DNA of 64,000 nucleotides from Candidatus Latescibacterota bacterium (GCA_965116875.1 OZ220733.1:1632001-1696000), one strand, 5' to 3'. Shown: positions 1 to 10,744, counted from the stretch's first letter. The notes: generated from the letters alone by a model not told the origin. Numbers and translations are program-made.

Positions 1-2785
1 CGGGGTTTCCGAAATCGACGGGGATGCATATAAGAAATGGGTCGACGCCGCACGCACATTCGCGGCCTGGTATGAAGGCACGGGGATTGAAGAACCGGGC
101 GCCGCCGCCATTGCCGATGATTTCCTCAATACGGCGGAAATGATGGCTGAACCCCGGGCCGGCCGGATTCCGGCGGAACACCTCGCGGCTCTGCTCCATC
201 ACAGCCCGCCGGACGCCTGCAAGAAAGGCGAACGGAAGTTCAAACAGTGGCGTGCGAAGGGGAAATGGCGAACCGCGGCAAGAGCCGCCGGCTTGAGCGC
301 CGCCGAGGGAGAGACGCTTTTCGCCGCCGGGCTGGAGCGATATGAAGCGTGCGAAGGGGCGTACGGCGCATTCTGTTACACCCTTGCAGGACTGGCGGTT
401 CACCGATTCATTTCCGAATTCGATGCGATCCGGAAGCTCTACCATGAATACAAGCGCAATGCGGCGCTGCTCGATTTCGACGACCTGCTGTACCAGGCCA
501 GGGACCTGCTGCGGGACCACGAACCGGTGCGAAGGGCCCTTGCCGGGCGCTACACGCACATCCTCGTGGATGAATTCCAGGATACAGACCCGCTGCAGGC
601 GGAAATCATCTGGCGCCTGGCCGGTGAGGGGGATTCCGTGGGGCCGTGGCAGGAACGTGAGATTCGTCCGGGCGCGCTCTTCCTGGTGGGCGACCCCAAG
701 CAGGCGATTTACCGGTTCCGCGGCGCGGACGTGCAGACGTACCTCACCGCCCGGGACGCGCTTTCGCAACGCGACCCGGCATCCGTCATCAGCATCACGG
801 CCAACTTCAGGTCGCGGGAACCCATCCTGACGTACGTCAACGGACACTTCGAGAGTCTGCTGGATGAAGAGCGGGGGCAACCCGGATTCACTCCGCTGAC
901 GGCAACGCGGGACGGGGACGAGGCGACGGTCGGGCCGAGCGTTGCGGCCTTCGACGTCGTACTGGGCGACGAACACCGCACGAAAAAAGGGAAGCTGATT
1001 GTTGAAAGGGTCCGCGAGGAGGAAGCCCACGTCGTCGCGGGAATGGTGGCCCGTATGATCGGGTCCTATCCCGTCTGTGACGCGGACAACGGGAAAACGA
1101 GGCCCGCGAAGGCCTCCGATATCGCGCTGCTCGCCCCAACGGGTACCAGCCTCTGGATATACGAGCGCGCCCTGGAGGAACGCGGCATCCCCATCGCGAC
1201 GCAGGCGGGCAAGGGATTCTTCCGGCGTCAGGAGGTTCAGGACCTGATCGCCGTGGCCCGAACGGTCGCCGACGCACGCGACACGCTGGCTTTCGGCGCG
1301 CTGATCCGGGGTCCGCTGGTCGGCCTCTCAGACGAACAGATCGCCGACGAGATTCATGCATTGCCCGTGTATCCGGACCGATCCGTCCGGCTGGACGTCA
1401 AGACGGATCCTTCGCTGGTCAGGAACCCGGTCCTGCGGCAGACATTGCAGGCCCTGCAAGAGCTAAGGCGAAAACGACGCACGACGACGCCCTGCCAGAT
1501 CATGGCGGAGGCGGTGGAGGCGCTGGGGGTCCGTCCGATTCTGATGGCGCGCCACCGTGGAAGCGCCCGGCGCGCCCTGTCGAACGTCGATCTGTTGCTG
1601 GAAATGGCGCGTCCATACGCGGTGCGAGGCATCGAGGATTTCGCCCGCGCGCTGTGGCAGAGGTGGGAAGATGCGGAAGACCAGGTGGAAGGCCGACATG
1701 ACGAGGCGGAAGATGCCGTCTCCATCATCACCATGCACTCGGCCAAGGGCCTGGAATGGCCTGTCGTCATTCCCATCAATTCGACGACCGGGCTCAAGCA
1801 CCAGGATAGTTTTCTATACCGCCGGCGGGACGACACCGTCCATTTCAGGGTACTGGGCCACGCGGACACCGAATACGAAGAGACGATGCTGGAGGAGATC
1901 AGGGAACTCAACAGGGAACGGGTGCGTTTGTGGTACGTTTCGCTTACACGCGCGCGGGATCTGCTGCTTCTGCCACGGCAGAACGAACGCGTGGACGGGG
2001 ACTGGATGAGCCTGATCGACGTCGACGTGAATTCACTTCCTGCCTTCGACGCGGAGCGGCACAAAAAGGCGCGTACGGTTCAGGATGAACCTGGCGTCAA
2101 CTGTCAGGACCGTGAAACATGGATGGAGGAGGCGGAATCCATCGCCGCCAACCTGCGCACGATCAAGTGGCGCCGCCCCAGCCGTCACGAGGACGCGGTA
2201 CGTGTAGAGGAGGAGGTATCGCCGGCCGTATTTGCGGGCGAAGAGGAGGCCATCGAGGCCATTGACGAGCCCGCCGGCGGTGGCCCCGACAGTACAGCGC
2301 TGAAACGAGGCCTGATCCTTCACAAGCTGATGGAGGAAGTGCTGACCGGCGAGACGGTGGACGACGACGCCCACGTGCAGGCCCGCGCGAAAGAGCTTAT
2401 CGGACAGCAGGAACTCGAGGACTCCCCGGATGCCTCGTCCCGTATTTCCAGCTTTGGAATGGCGGAGATGGTCATCCGTACCCTGGAACGCCCCGAGATC
2501 GCGTCCCTTCGACCGCGGCTGGCGCCGGAGTACTGGGTCTACGGCAGCGACATCGAAGGCCGGGAGGTGGCCATTACGGCGGGCATTGCGGACGCCGTCA
2601 CGTTCGATGACAATGGCCGCATCGACGTGGTGGTGGACTGGAAGAGCGACACGCGTCTCCGGGAGAGGCAAATCCGGATTTACCGCGAACAGGTCGGGCT
2701 GTACCTCAAGGCCACGGGCGCGAGAACCGGACACGTCGTCTTCCTTGGCCTGGATCACATCGAGACGGTTGTGCGGGAAAACTGA
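1..2785 (+). CDS. UvrD/AddA-like SF1 helicase with C-terminal PD-(D/E)xK nuclease (5' truncated by window edge)
   Basis: Frame is open from base 2. Helicase motifs LVDEFQDT, VGDPKQAIYRFRGA, NFRS, TMHSAKGLEW, YVSLTRARD; RecB-like nuclease motifs RGLILHKLME, GIADAV, VVDWKSD, QVGLY. Confidence 0.9.
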   Translation, partial: GVSEIDGDAYKKWVDAARTFAAWYEGTGIEEPGAAAIADDFLNTAEMMAEPRAGRIPAEHLAALLHHSPPDACKKGERKFKQWRAKGKWRTAARAAGLSAAEGETLFAAGLERYEACEGAYGAFCYTLAGLAVHRFISEFDAIRKLYHEYKRNAALLDFDDLLYQARDLLRDHEPVRRALAGRYTHILVDEFQDTDPLQAEIIWRLAGEGDSVGPWQEREIRPGALFLVGDPKQAIYRFRGADVQTYLTARDALSQRDPASVISITANFRSREPILTYVNGHFESLLDEERGQPGFTPLTATRDGDEATVGPSVAAFDVVLGDEHRTKKGKLIVERVREEEAHVVAGMVARMIGSYPVCDADNGKTRPAKASDIALLAPTGTSLWIYERALEERGIPIATQAGKGFFRRQEVQDLIAVARTVADARDTLAFGALIRGPLVGLSDEQIADEIHALPVYPDRSVRLDVKTDPSLVRNPVLRQTLQALQELRRKRRTTTPCQIMAEAVEALGVRPILMARHRGSARRALSNVDLLLEMARPYAVRGIEDFARALWQRWEDAEDQVEGRHDEAEDAVSIITMHSAKGLEWPVVIPINSTTGLKHQDSFLYRRRDDTVHFRVLGHADTEYEETMLEEIRELNRERVRLWYVSLTRARDLLLLPRQNERVDGDWMSLIDVDVNSLPAFDAERHKKARTVQDEPGVNCQDRETWMEEAESIAANLRTIKWRRPSRHEDAVRVEEEVSPAVFAGEEEAIEAIDEPAGGGPDSTALKRGLILHKLMEEVLTGETVDDDAHVQARAKELIGQQELEDSPDASSRISSFGMAEMVIRTLERPEIASLRPRLAPEYWVYGSDIEGREVAITAGIADAVTFDDNGRIDVVVDWKSDTRLRERQIRIYREQVGLYLKATGARTGHVVFLGLDHIETVVREN

Positions 2786-2943
2786 ATGGACACTTGCCGA
2801 CGTCCGCCTTGCATAGAAGCACCGTTGGCGGAAAATTATCGAAATGCAGCAGTTCTTCAGTGCAATTTGCGGTTGATGTTGGACCGGCTCTATCGAAACG
2901 GCGTCAAGGAATTGCGGGTTAACGGGAATTTTCGGGAAAACGC

Positions 2944-4125
2944 ATGCGGATTGTCCATGTCAATCAATTCTATATTCCGGGTCTGAGTTACCAGGAAAAC
3001 ATCCTGCCTCACGAACAGGCAAAACTGGGTCACGACGTGTGGATCCTGACCAGCGACCGCCTGCCGCACCCGAAGAAGTACCCCGAATCAAAGGGCCGGC
3101 TGCCTCAGGGAATCCACCGCGAAGGCCCGGTACGCATCTGGAGGCTGCCTTCCCTTGTGCCCATCAAGAGCCGCGCGCAGGTGTACATCCGAAAACTGAA
3201 CCGCACGATCTACAGGCTTCGACCCGACGTGGTCAACACCCACGGTCTGAGGTTCTTTCCGGTTCTTCAGGTTCTGTCCAAACGCCCTTTCTACGTTCAC
3301 GTTGGCGATGATCATTCCGACAACGGCAATTTGCCCGCGGGGCCTGGCAACGTCATCCGGTTCGGCATTGGAAAGCAGGTATGCCGGCAGATCTGCCGTC
3401 TTGGAGGCAGGATCTTCACGTCCAATCCCTTTGCGGAGTGGTTCGTGAAAGAAGTGTACGCGGCGCGCGCGGAAAGCGTCCATCTCCTCCCTCTGGGCGT
3501 CAATACCCAATCATTCTTCCCGGATCCGATGAAGCGCGAGGCCTGGCGAAACAGCTTCGGCATTCCGGACGGCGTCTGCTTGTTCGTCACCTCCGGTCGT
3601 CTCACCCCGGGAAAGGGATTTGAACTCTTTTTCAAGGCCTTTGCCGACGTACACCGCCGTCACAAGGCAACAAGACTGGCGATTGCGGGTTCGGGAACTC
3701 CCGAATACGAAGCGCAGCTCAACGGCCTCGCACGGGGTCTGGGTATTTCCAACGCGGTGATCTTTCTGAAGTGGATGGCCGAAAAGGACCTGTGCACGGT
3801 CTACAATGCCGCCGACGTGGGCGTGATGCCCGGTAAACTGGGCGGGATGAAGGAATTCCTGGGCGTAGGCCGTCCTCTGATCGCACCCGACCATCTCGCG
3901 ACCGGCTATCTGGTGGAAAAGAAGAACGGGATTGCGTTCACCCCCGACGATCGAGCGAGTCTCGCCCGCGCGATGCTGGACTATGCCGGGAACCCGGAAC
4001 TCAGGAATCGGCATGGTGAGGCTTCTCTTCACGTGTCCGGACACCAACTCTCGTGGGCCGGGATCGCGCGAGACAGCATTCGGGTGTACGAAGAGTTGCT
4101 GGAGAATTCCCCTGAATATCATTGA
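2944..4125 (+). CDS. Glycosyltransferase family 4 (GT-B)
   Basis: MRIVHV start, GRLTPGKG, YNAADVGVMP, NGIAFTPDD are typical of GT4. Confidence 0.88.
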   Translation: MRIVHVNQFYIPGLSYQENILPHEQAKLGHDVWILTSDRLPHPKKYPESKGRLPQGIHREGPVRIWRLPSLVPIKSRAQVYIRKLNRTIYRLRPDVVNTHGLRFFPVLQVLSKRPFYVHVGDDHSDNGNLPAGPGNVIRFGIGKQVCRQICRLGGRIFTSNPFAEWFVKEVYAARAESVHLLPLGVNTQSFFPDPMKREAWRNSFGIPDGVCLFVTSGRLTPGKGFELFFKAFADVHRRHKATRLAIAGSGTPEYEAQLNGLARGLGISNAVIFLKWMAEKDLCTVYNAADVGVMPGKLGGMKEFLGVGRPLIAPDHLATGYLVEKKNGIAFTPDDRASLARAMLDYAGNPELRNRHGEASLHVSGHQLSWAGIARDSIRVYEELLENSPEYH

Positions 4126-4156
4126 GAAATCTGCACCGCACTGAAGGAAACAAGCA

Positions 4157-4798
4157 ATGAAGATCCTCGATCTGGGTTGCGGCCTGAAAAAATCTCCAGG
4201 TGCGATCGGTCTGGATATCTGGCGCGGGTCCGACGCGGACGTGGTGGCTGATCTGAGCGGTCCTTGCCTGCCTTTCAAAGACAATGTGTTTGAGAAGGTG
4301 ACGTTGACCCACGTCATCGAACACGTATGGGATACGGTTCATCTGATGGAGGAGATAGGACGGGTTTCCGCTGACGGCGCAACCATCGAAGGCGCTACGC
4401 CTCACTTTTCGTCGTCCGGTTCCTACGCCGATCCCACCCACTGCCATCATTTCGCATGCCGGACATTCGAGTACCTTTCGTATTCCGATGAAAAACCCGG
4501 GTACATCAAGAGGTTCCTGCGTTTACTGTACGATCCCGGCAGCATCAGGCTTAGAACCGGAGGACCCGCGAAGCTCCGCAAGCAGCAGGTTCAATTGAGA
4601 TTCAACCGGGTATTCGCGTGGATTGGAATCGAGCGTCTGGCGAACGTCTATCCCGAGTTATATGAGGCCTTTTTTTCGGGTATTGTACCCGCCAGGGAAA
4701 TCGTGTTTCGATTGAAGGCGGTAAAGAAGAAGGCAAGCGAGGATGATGAAGGCGGCATGAATTCGTGCGATGGAGAATCATCCAATCCACATCCCTGA
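4157..4798 (+). CDS. SAM-dependent methyltransferase (type 11-like)
   Basis: ILDLGCG motif I, LPFKDNVF, HVIEH, DPTH; a family often found in glycan clusters. Confidence 0.85.
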   Translation: MKILDLGCGLKKSPGAIGLDIWRGSDADVVADLSGPCLPFKDNVFEKVTLTHVIEHVWDTVHLMEEIGRVSADGATIEGATPHFSSSGSYADPTHCHHFACRTFEYLSYSDEKPGYIKRFLRLLYDPGSIRLRTGGPAKLRKQQVQLRFNRVFAWIGIERLANVYPELYEAFFSGIVPAREIVFRLKAVKKKASEDDEGGMNSCDGESSNPHP

Positions 4799-4842
4799 AA
4801 ATCCGCACAAACGACGGCCGAATCTGATCTGAGGCGCAAGTT

Positions 4843-5670
4843 TTGTCTGAAACAGCTCCGTTGCTATCCGTCATCATCGTCAGCGTCAACACCGGGAAAT
4901 GGTTGCAGCCGTGTCTCGAATCCTTGCGGAAACAGGAGAACTTCGAATCGCTTGAAGTGGTGGTTGTGGACAACGGATCCACCGACGGATCGGCCGACAC
5001 GCTACGACGGAAATTCCCGGGCGTTAAATTCGTGGGCCTGGACAAGACCGTCGGTTTCGGCAAGGCGAATAACATCGGCGCCGCACAGTGCCGCGCGCCA
5101 ATACTGCTCTTTCTGAATCCCGATACGACAGTCCGCGAAGGCAGCCTATCGCCGATACTGGCGAGATTCGAGGACCATCCGCGGTGCGGCGTTGCCGGCG
5201 GTATTGTCCTGGACGGCGGGGGCGAGCTCGAGCGTTCCGCAGGATCCCTTCCGTCGCTCTTCAGCATGGCATTGGGCCGCCTGCTGAAATACCTGCCGCC
5301 GGCACGGCCGATTCTGGGACGCTTCTCCAATCAGCACTGGACGGGATACGACAGACCGCGCCAGGTAAACTGGGTTACCGGGGCATATCTGTGGATTCGA
5401 AAAGAGATCTACGACAGGGTTGGGGGATTTGACGAGGGATATTTCATGTACTGTGAGGACGTGGATCTCTGTTACAGGGTCAGCCAAATCGGATACCAGT
5501 GCCGGTTTTTTCCCGAGGGCCCGATCGTCCACTACGGCGGCAAATCTCCAGTGCCGCGTCCTCGAAAGAAGATGCTGTTCGAAAGCCTCCGTTATTTCGC
5601 CGAAAAGCACTACCCGTCTCCCAGATACTGGCTGACAAGATGTGTCTTCCGGTTCATGTCGAGACCTTGA
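4843..5670 (+). CDS. Glycosyltransferase family 2 (WbbL-like)
   Basis: SVIIV, VVDNGSTDGS, GFGKANN, FLNPDT, GGFDEGYFMYCEDVDLC. Confidence 0.9.
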   Translation: MSETAPLLSVIIVSVNTGKWLQPCLESLRKQENFESLEVVVVDNGSTDGSADTLRRKFPGVKFVGLDKTVGFGKANNIGAAQCRAPILLFLNPDTTVREGSLSPILARFEDHPRCGVAGGIVLDGGGELERSAGSLPSLFSMALGRLLKYLPPARPILGRFSNQHWTGYDRPRQVNWVTGAYLWIRKEIYDRVGGFDEGYFMYCEDVDLCYRVSQIGYQCRFFPEGPIVHYGGKSPVPRPRKKMLFESLRYFAEKHYPSPRYWLTRCVFRFMSRP

Positions 5671-5674
5671 CGCC

Positions 5675-8065
5675 ATGTCCGACTTACCAGGATCCCGTCC
5701 AGGAGAACAGCCACCCGGCGCAATTTCACGACCCGCCATCATTGCCGCCGTATTCCTCGGGCTCCACGTCCTGCCGCTCTTCTGGCTGTCCGGTCCTTTT
5801 TGGGGCGTGGACTTTCTCGTCTATATGCCCGTGCCGGTCCAGGGCGCCTTCATTCTACTTTCCATTCTCCTATTCATCCCGGAATTCCGCCGGCAAGCCC
5901 GCGCATGGGTCCGTTGTCTCCCGCTCTCGCTCTGGGGCAGGGGCCGGCGAGTATGGATCACACGGATACTGATTCTGCTCATTGCCCTTGCCGCCTTTGT
6001 CACGCTTTCCTCCGCACGCCACTTCCTCGGCGACGGTTATCTTCTAATTCAAAAACTGAAGTCTGAGGCCTTGCAGGATCGTCCGAGAGCGCCTCTGACG
6101 TTCACCGTCATCCGCACTCTGTATAGCGCGGGGGCGCCCTTCTGGGAGACTGCGGAGAATACGTACCGCATATACAGCTACATTTCCGGCATACTCTACG
6201 TACTGATAGCCTTTGTTGCAGCATCCGCCATCGGAAAAACGACCCGGGACAAATCCATCGTCCTGGCATTCCTTCTCACGGCGGGTTATATGCAACTTTT
6301 CTTCGGGTATGCGGAGAATTATGCCCTTTATATGCCCGGCCTTCTTCTATACCTGCTTCTTGGCGTACGCACCTTGGAGGACCGGATGCCGCTTTACGCC
6401 CCTGCGTTACTGCTCGGCGTCCTGCTTGCGCTCCACCAAGCTTTCGTTGTGTTTGGACCGTCCCTGTTTTACCTCGCATACCATGACTTTAACAAAAGAC
6501 GTGGTGTCGTCAGAGACTGGAAGAATTCAGTCATCACTATTGCGGCATTAGGATGCGTTCCACTAAGCACCACAATCTGTCTGGGTTTAGCAGGCATCGG
6601 TTTCGAGGCTTACATGAGCCGGATGGGGGGCCGAGATTTCCAAACATTACTTGAAGAACCCGGAATTCGTGCACAATACTACACATTATCCTTCGCACAT
6701 GCCGTGGACTTTTTCAACCAGCAAATCCTTGCAGCCCCAGCGGCGTGTATGGCCTGCTTCCTGCTTCGGAAAAAGGAACTCTGTCATCAGCGCTTTCTAG
6801 CTATTTGCACCGTCGTCACTCTATTTTTCACGTTCCTCGCCAGTACAGAAATAGGTGCGTTTAGAGACTGGGATATCTTCTCACTTCCTGCGCTGCCATT
6901 CACACTCTGGGCAGCCGCCGCGATCGTCCGATGCGGACGCTACCGACAATCGGGTTCGCAAGGCGCACTTGTCATTTGTGGAGTGGCCGCACTGCATACC
7001 ACACTTTGGATTGGTGTGAATGCAAACGCAGTCGCTGCCGAAACCCGATTTGTCCACCATTTAAACCGGCTAACGGGCATGGCCAGCGTTAACGGCTGGC
7101 TCACCCTGGGCGAATTCCATCGCGGGCAAAACAACATTGCTGAGGCACTCCACGCTTACAGGCGATCAATCGACGCCGATCCCACAAATCCCAATCGATG
7201 GATGACAGTCGGAATCGTATACCGGGAAATCGGTCGACCCGCCACCGCGGTAGAATACTATGAAAAGGCCGTCGAACTTCAACCCGACCTCCCCGTTCCG
7301 TATATGAATCTTGGCGCGGCATATAACGATATGGGTCAGTTTGACAGAGCCATCGAATTCACCACGAGAGCCATCGTGCTCGATCCCGATCTGGCAACCG
7401 CCCACTCAAACCTCGGCGCCATGTACAGGAAAACCGGGCAGTTCGATAAGGCCATTGAGCACCTTGAAAGAGCTTCCGAGCTACAACCGCGAGACGCTGA
7501 CACCCAATTGAATCTCGGAGCGGTTTACAACGATGCAGGGCAACACGCCAACGCGATCGAAGCCATGAAGAACGCTGTGGCGCTACGTCCCGACGATTCC
7601 GTCGCGTACGGAAATCTCGGAGCCGTTTACAGCAAAATCGGCCAGTTTGACTCCGGTATCCAATACCTCAAAAGAGCCGTTGAACTTCGACCCGACTACA
7701 CCCAGGCACATAAGAATCTCGGCCTCGTCTACAGGGCCCAGGGCCGGTACCAGAAGGCGATTGGGCACTTCGAGAAAGCGCTTAAGCTTCAGCGAGAAAA
7801 CGTGAACGCGGCTTTTTACCTGGACATCGGTGATACGTACGGCAAATTGAACGAGCACGATAAAGCGATCTCCTATTTCCAAAAAGCCATTCAACTGAAC
7901 CCGATCCACGCCAACGCCCACCTGCTTCTGGGAATGTCCTATCGGGCGTTGAATCGCGGGGACCGGTCCAGGGTACATTTCGAGAAGACAATGCAACTCG
8001 ATCCCGACCATCCGCAATCCGCTCAGATCCGGCAGTGGCTGGGGCGGACTGACGAAGGAAGATGA
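5675..8065 (+). CDS. Polytopic membrane protein with C-terminal TPR array (GT-C/TMTC-like architecture)
   Basis: Many hydrophobic segments in the N-terminal ~470 aa, then about 9 TPR repeats (AHSNLGAMY..G.FDKAI). ATG at 5675 follows the GT2 stop. Confidence 0.75.
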   Translation: MSDLPGSRPGEQPPGAISRPAIIAAVFLGLHVLPLFWLSGPFWGVDFLVYMPVPVQGAFILLSILLFIPEFRRQARAWVRCLPLSLWGRGRRVWITRILILLIALAAFVTLSSARHFLGDGYLLIQKLKSEALQDRPRAPLTFTVIRTLYSAGAPFWETAENTYRIYSYISGILYVLIAFVAASAIGKTTRDKSIVLAFLLTAGYMQLFFGYAENYALYMPGLLLYLLLGVRTLEDRMPLYAPALLLGVLLALHQAFVVFGPSLFYLAYHDFNKRRGVVRDWKNSVITIAALGCVPLSTTICLGLAGIGFEAYMSRMGGRDFQTLLEEPGIRAQYYTLSFAHAVDFFNQQILAAPAACMACFLLRKKELCHQRFLAICTVVTLFFTFLASTEIGAFRDWDIFSLPALPFTLWAAAAIVRCGRYRQSGSQGALVICGVAALHTTLWIGVNANAVAAETRFVHHLNRLTGMASVNGWLTLGEFHRGQNNIAEALHAYRRSIDADPTNPNRWMTVGIVYREIGRPATAVEYYEKAVELQPDLPVPYMNLGAAYNDMGQFDRAIEFTTRAIVLDPDLATAHSNLGAMYRKTGQFDKAIEHLERASELQPRDADTQLNLGAVYNDAGQHANAIEAMKNAVALRPDDSVAYGNLGAVYSKIGQFDSGIQYLKRAVELRPDYTQAHKNLGLVYRAQGRYQKAIGHFEKALKLQRENVNAAFYLDIGDTYGKLNEHDKAISYFQKAIQLNPIHANAHLLLGMSYRALNRGDRSRVHFEKTMQLDPDHPQSAQIRQWLGRTDEGR

Positions 8066-8068
8066 CGA

Positions 8069-10501
8069 ATGGGTGAAAGATCCAGCTCCCTCCGATGGCC
8101 GCGTGACATCATTGCCCTCTTGTCGGCGTTTGTTGTACTGTTGCTCTATTTCCAGTACAATACGTTGAATAAGTTCAGCGCGCTTTCGCCTGCCGCGAGA
8201 TGGGGCAGCCCACACTCCTTCATCGCGGCTATGAAAGAAAACGTGTCGCTGGATGACCAAGATGCAATGGTTGCGTTGTTGATCGTTGTCGTGTGTATTG
8301 CCATCGGCGTCGTGGAATTGTGGAAGAGACGCCTTTCCCAACTCCTGCGGAAGATTTTTGAGTCCGAGAGTCGGACGATATTGGCGCTTTTCGTGACATG
8401 CCTGATCTGCGTCCGCTACTATTTCGCTATGGGGACGCTAAATATGGCGGCTGATACGACTTTGCATGTTACGTACGCCTTTGTTGCCGCCCAGAGCTTC
8501 TCTAATGGCGAAATTCCTATATGGACAAACTACTTCGGGACAGGATCTCCATACCTTCAGTTCTATGGGTTCCTTTTCTTCTACCTGGTGGCCCTGGTCG
8601 CGTTGGTGTTTCAAGACTTGCATTTCTCCATAAAGCTGGTAATGGCAGGCGGACATGTATTGTCAGGTATTGGGATGTATCTATTCGTACGTACGCTGTA
8701 TAACTCACGACGTGCAGGCTTTCTCGCGGGGCTCGCTTATGTAATGAGCGTCTTTCACGTTCAACAAGTTCTCATTATGGGACGTCTCCCCCTTTCAGTG
8801 TTTTATGCGCTACTGCCGTTCCCGTTCTACTTTTTCGAACGTACGGTTGTCTGTTCGTATAAGATGCCCTGGGCGATTGGTGGAGGTTTGGCCCTGGCCT
8901 TGCTCGCGTTTTCACATCCAGGTTACGCTTTCATTGCGTCGGTCCTGCTTATCCTTTACATATTTATTCGTCTCATTTGCGATCGACACCAGCAGGCCTT
9001 CCCTGCCACCGTCTCTTACAGCACCCTGCTGCTCGCCGGAGGTATCGTATTGGGCTCTTACATCACGTTGCCTATGTGGATAGAGCGTAACAATACGTCG
9101 CTGTATTTCGGGCTCGACTTTTCGCAGTGGCCTACCCCCACCTGGGGGCAACTCTTAGTCTGGTCCAACTATCGCTTTCGGATGTTCGAGATTGACGCGC
9201 GCCATTGGTACGGAGGATATCTGGGCCTGTCGGTGGCTGGGCTTGCCATTGTATCGCTTGCCAGCATGATTCTGTTTCGGGGACGCAGACATGCGCGCGT
9301 GCCGTTGGCCGCTGCTGTATGCCTTTTCGTCTCCTCAATGCTGATTATTGGATATCACTGGCCGCACATGAATGTCCTGGGCATTCTCCACTCCTTCAAT
9401 GCCGGACGCTTCCTGCTCTTCGTCGTGTTTTATTTGTCGGTGCTTGCCGGCGCAGGCGCATCAGCAATAATCCGTATGCGTAACGGCCGCCGAGACCGAA
9501 ACGGTGTTTTCACGCTACTCTTCCTGGCCTTGATGGTAGATCTAGGCCCCACGACATTCCAACATCCCTATACTGAATTACCTGTCCTCATCCCCTCCAA
9601 ATGGAAAAACCACTTAGAAAGAGAAGGCGCTCAGTATCCCGATGGCGAACTTCCGAATTACCGCACATTGTACTTACCGCACAACGTCCAACTTTCTACG
9701 GCTAGAAAGTGGCTAACTTTCGACGTGGGCGCGACGACACCGGTGTCCGGCTATAATGAGAGGTCGTTCGCCTCTGTTTTATTCGGTAATTCCCTGGCTC
9801 AGGTATTGGTCACCAAATACAAGGAGATGGAAGAATCGGAGTCGCGGTCCGATCCTTGGAATGATAGCCGTTTGGTGGATGGTCTCTACCTGTTGAACAC
9901 GAGGTACCTCTTTGCGATCGATTCCAGTAGAAAGACGGTCGTCACCCTTAATATCCGGCACGAGAGTCCAGTAATCGTCTCTTCCAGGATCTCGGCAGGA
10001 GCGCTCCCATTGGTGATAGAGGATGCTCGTGCCGAGCGTGCGATTTTGAAGTTGATAGACGCGATGGACGTAAAGAAGGATGACAACACATGCGGACAGA
10101 TTTTTCTGGCGGAATTCGAGGGCGGGGAAGATCTTGGCACATCTCCTTCCGTGGAGGTGCTGGAACACCGAACGTGGAATCAGCGCGTGGAGATGGTCAT
10201 CCGCACCTCCAGCCCATGCTTTGCCCGTCTGGCCTATGCATATTATCCCTATCTGAGCGTTACCGTCAACGGCAACAAGGTCGTGCCCTACCAGACGGCC
10301 GGACGGTTCATCGCATTGCGTCTGAGCGAGGGAGAGCATCGTATCGTACTGGAACCGGTTCTGTCTCCGCTGAGACGTGGGTTGCTTATTCTGAACGTGG
10401 CATTGGTCGCTGCATGCCTGGGATACGTCGGATGGCGGGCTCGTCACAGTGGGCCGATGATGTATTTCCTTCAGAAGGGTCACCGAAGTCGGGAGAAATA
10501 A
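8069..10501 (+). CDS. PTPS-related/YfhO-like membrane protein (putative GT-C fold)
   Basis: D..H loop, PIWTNYFGTGSPYLQFYG, many TM helices, and a YfhO-like C-terminus (YYPYLSVTVNG...GEHRIVL). Confidence 0.75.
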   Translation: MGERSSSLRWPRDIIALLSAFVVLLLYFQYNTLNKFSALSPAARWGSPHSFIAAMKENVSLDDQDAMVALLIVVVCIAIGVVELWKRRLSQLLRKIFESESRTILALFVTCLICVRYYFAMGTLNMAADTTLHVTYAFVAAQSFSNGEIPIWTNYFGTGSPYLQFYGFLFFYLVALVALVFQDLHFSIKLVMAGGHVLSGIGMYLFVRTLYNSRRAGFLAGLAYVMSVFHVQQVLIMGRLPLSVFYALLPFPFYFFERTVVCSYKMPWAIGGGLALALLAFSHPGYAFIASVLLILYIFIRLICDRHQQAFPATVSYSTLLLAGGIVLGSYITLPMWIERNNTSLYFGLDFSQWPTPTWGQLLVWSNYRFRMFEIDARHWYGGYLGLSVAGLAIVSLASMILFRGRRHARVPLAAAVCLFVSSMLIIGYHWPHMNVLGILHSFNAGRFLLFVVFYLSVLAGAGASAIIRMRNGRRDRNGVFTLLFLALMVDLGPTTFQHPYTELPVLIPSKWKNHLEREGAQYPDGELPNYRTLYLPHNVQLSTARKWLTFDVGATTPVSGYNERSFASVLFGNSLAQVLVTKYKEMEESESRSDPWNDSRLVDGLYLLNTRYLFAIDSSRKTVVTLNIRHESPVIVSSRISAGALPLVIEDARAERAILKLIDAMDVKKDDNTCGQIFLAEFEGGEDLGTSPSVEVLEHRTWNQRVEMVIRTSSPCFARLAYAYYPYLSVTVNGNKVVPYQTAGRFIALRLSEGEHRIVLEPVLSPLRRGLLILNVALVAACLGYVGWRARHSGPMMYFLQKGHRSREK

Positions 10502-10528
10502 TGGTATTGTTCGGGCATCGCCGCAATG

Positions 10529-10596
10529 CGGGCAACCACAAGGGTTGCCCCTACGAATTCAACGACGGCGCAACGAGGGCAGGATGCCCTCGATCC
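10529..10596. repeat. GTAG-type REP plus GGAG-like REP pair
   Basis: cgggcaaccacaagggttgcccctac (reverse complement starts GTAG) followed by cgagggcaggatgccctcg; the pair recurs at ~11703, ~12101, ~14196 and, with a variant second REP, ~17076. Confidence 0.8.
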
Positions 10597-10613
10597 AGGT
10601 GGAGTATTCTGGA

Positions 10614-10651
10614 GTCCCCGGATTCCCACGTGGGTCCGGGATTTTTTTTTT
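10614..10651 (+). terminator. Probable intrinsic terminator of the glycosylation cluster
   Basis: GC-rich imperfect hairpin (cccggattccc...gggtccggg) followed by a T10 run. Confidence 0.6.
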
Positions 10652-10699
10652 GCGGTGGGTCGCGCCTCGAATCGAAGCGGCGGATCTGGCAGAACGTAT

Positions 10700-10744
10700 A
10701 TGCCATTTTGTCATCTCTAATTTACATACATGCCATTTTGGCAT
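10700..10744 (+). promoter_or_regulatory. Tandem palindromic upstream activator sites for a sigma54 enhancer-binding protein
   Basis: atgccattttgtcat (10700) and atgccattttggcat (10730), 30 bp apart and 120-160 bp upstream of a sigma54 promoter. Confidence 0.6.
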
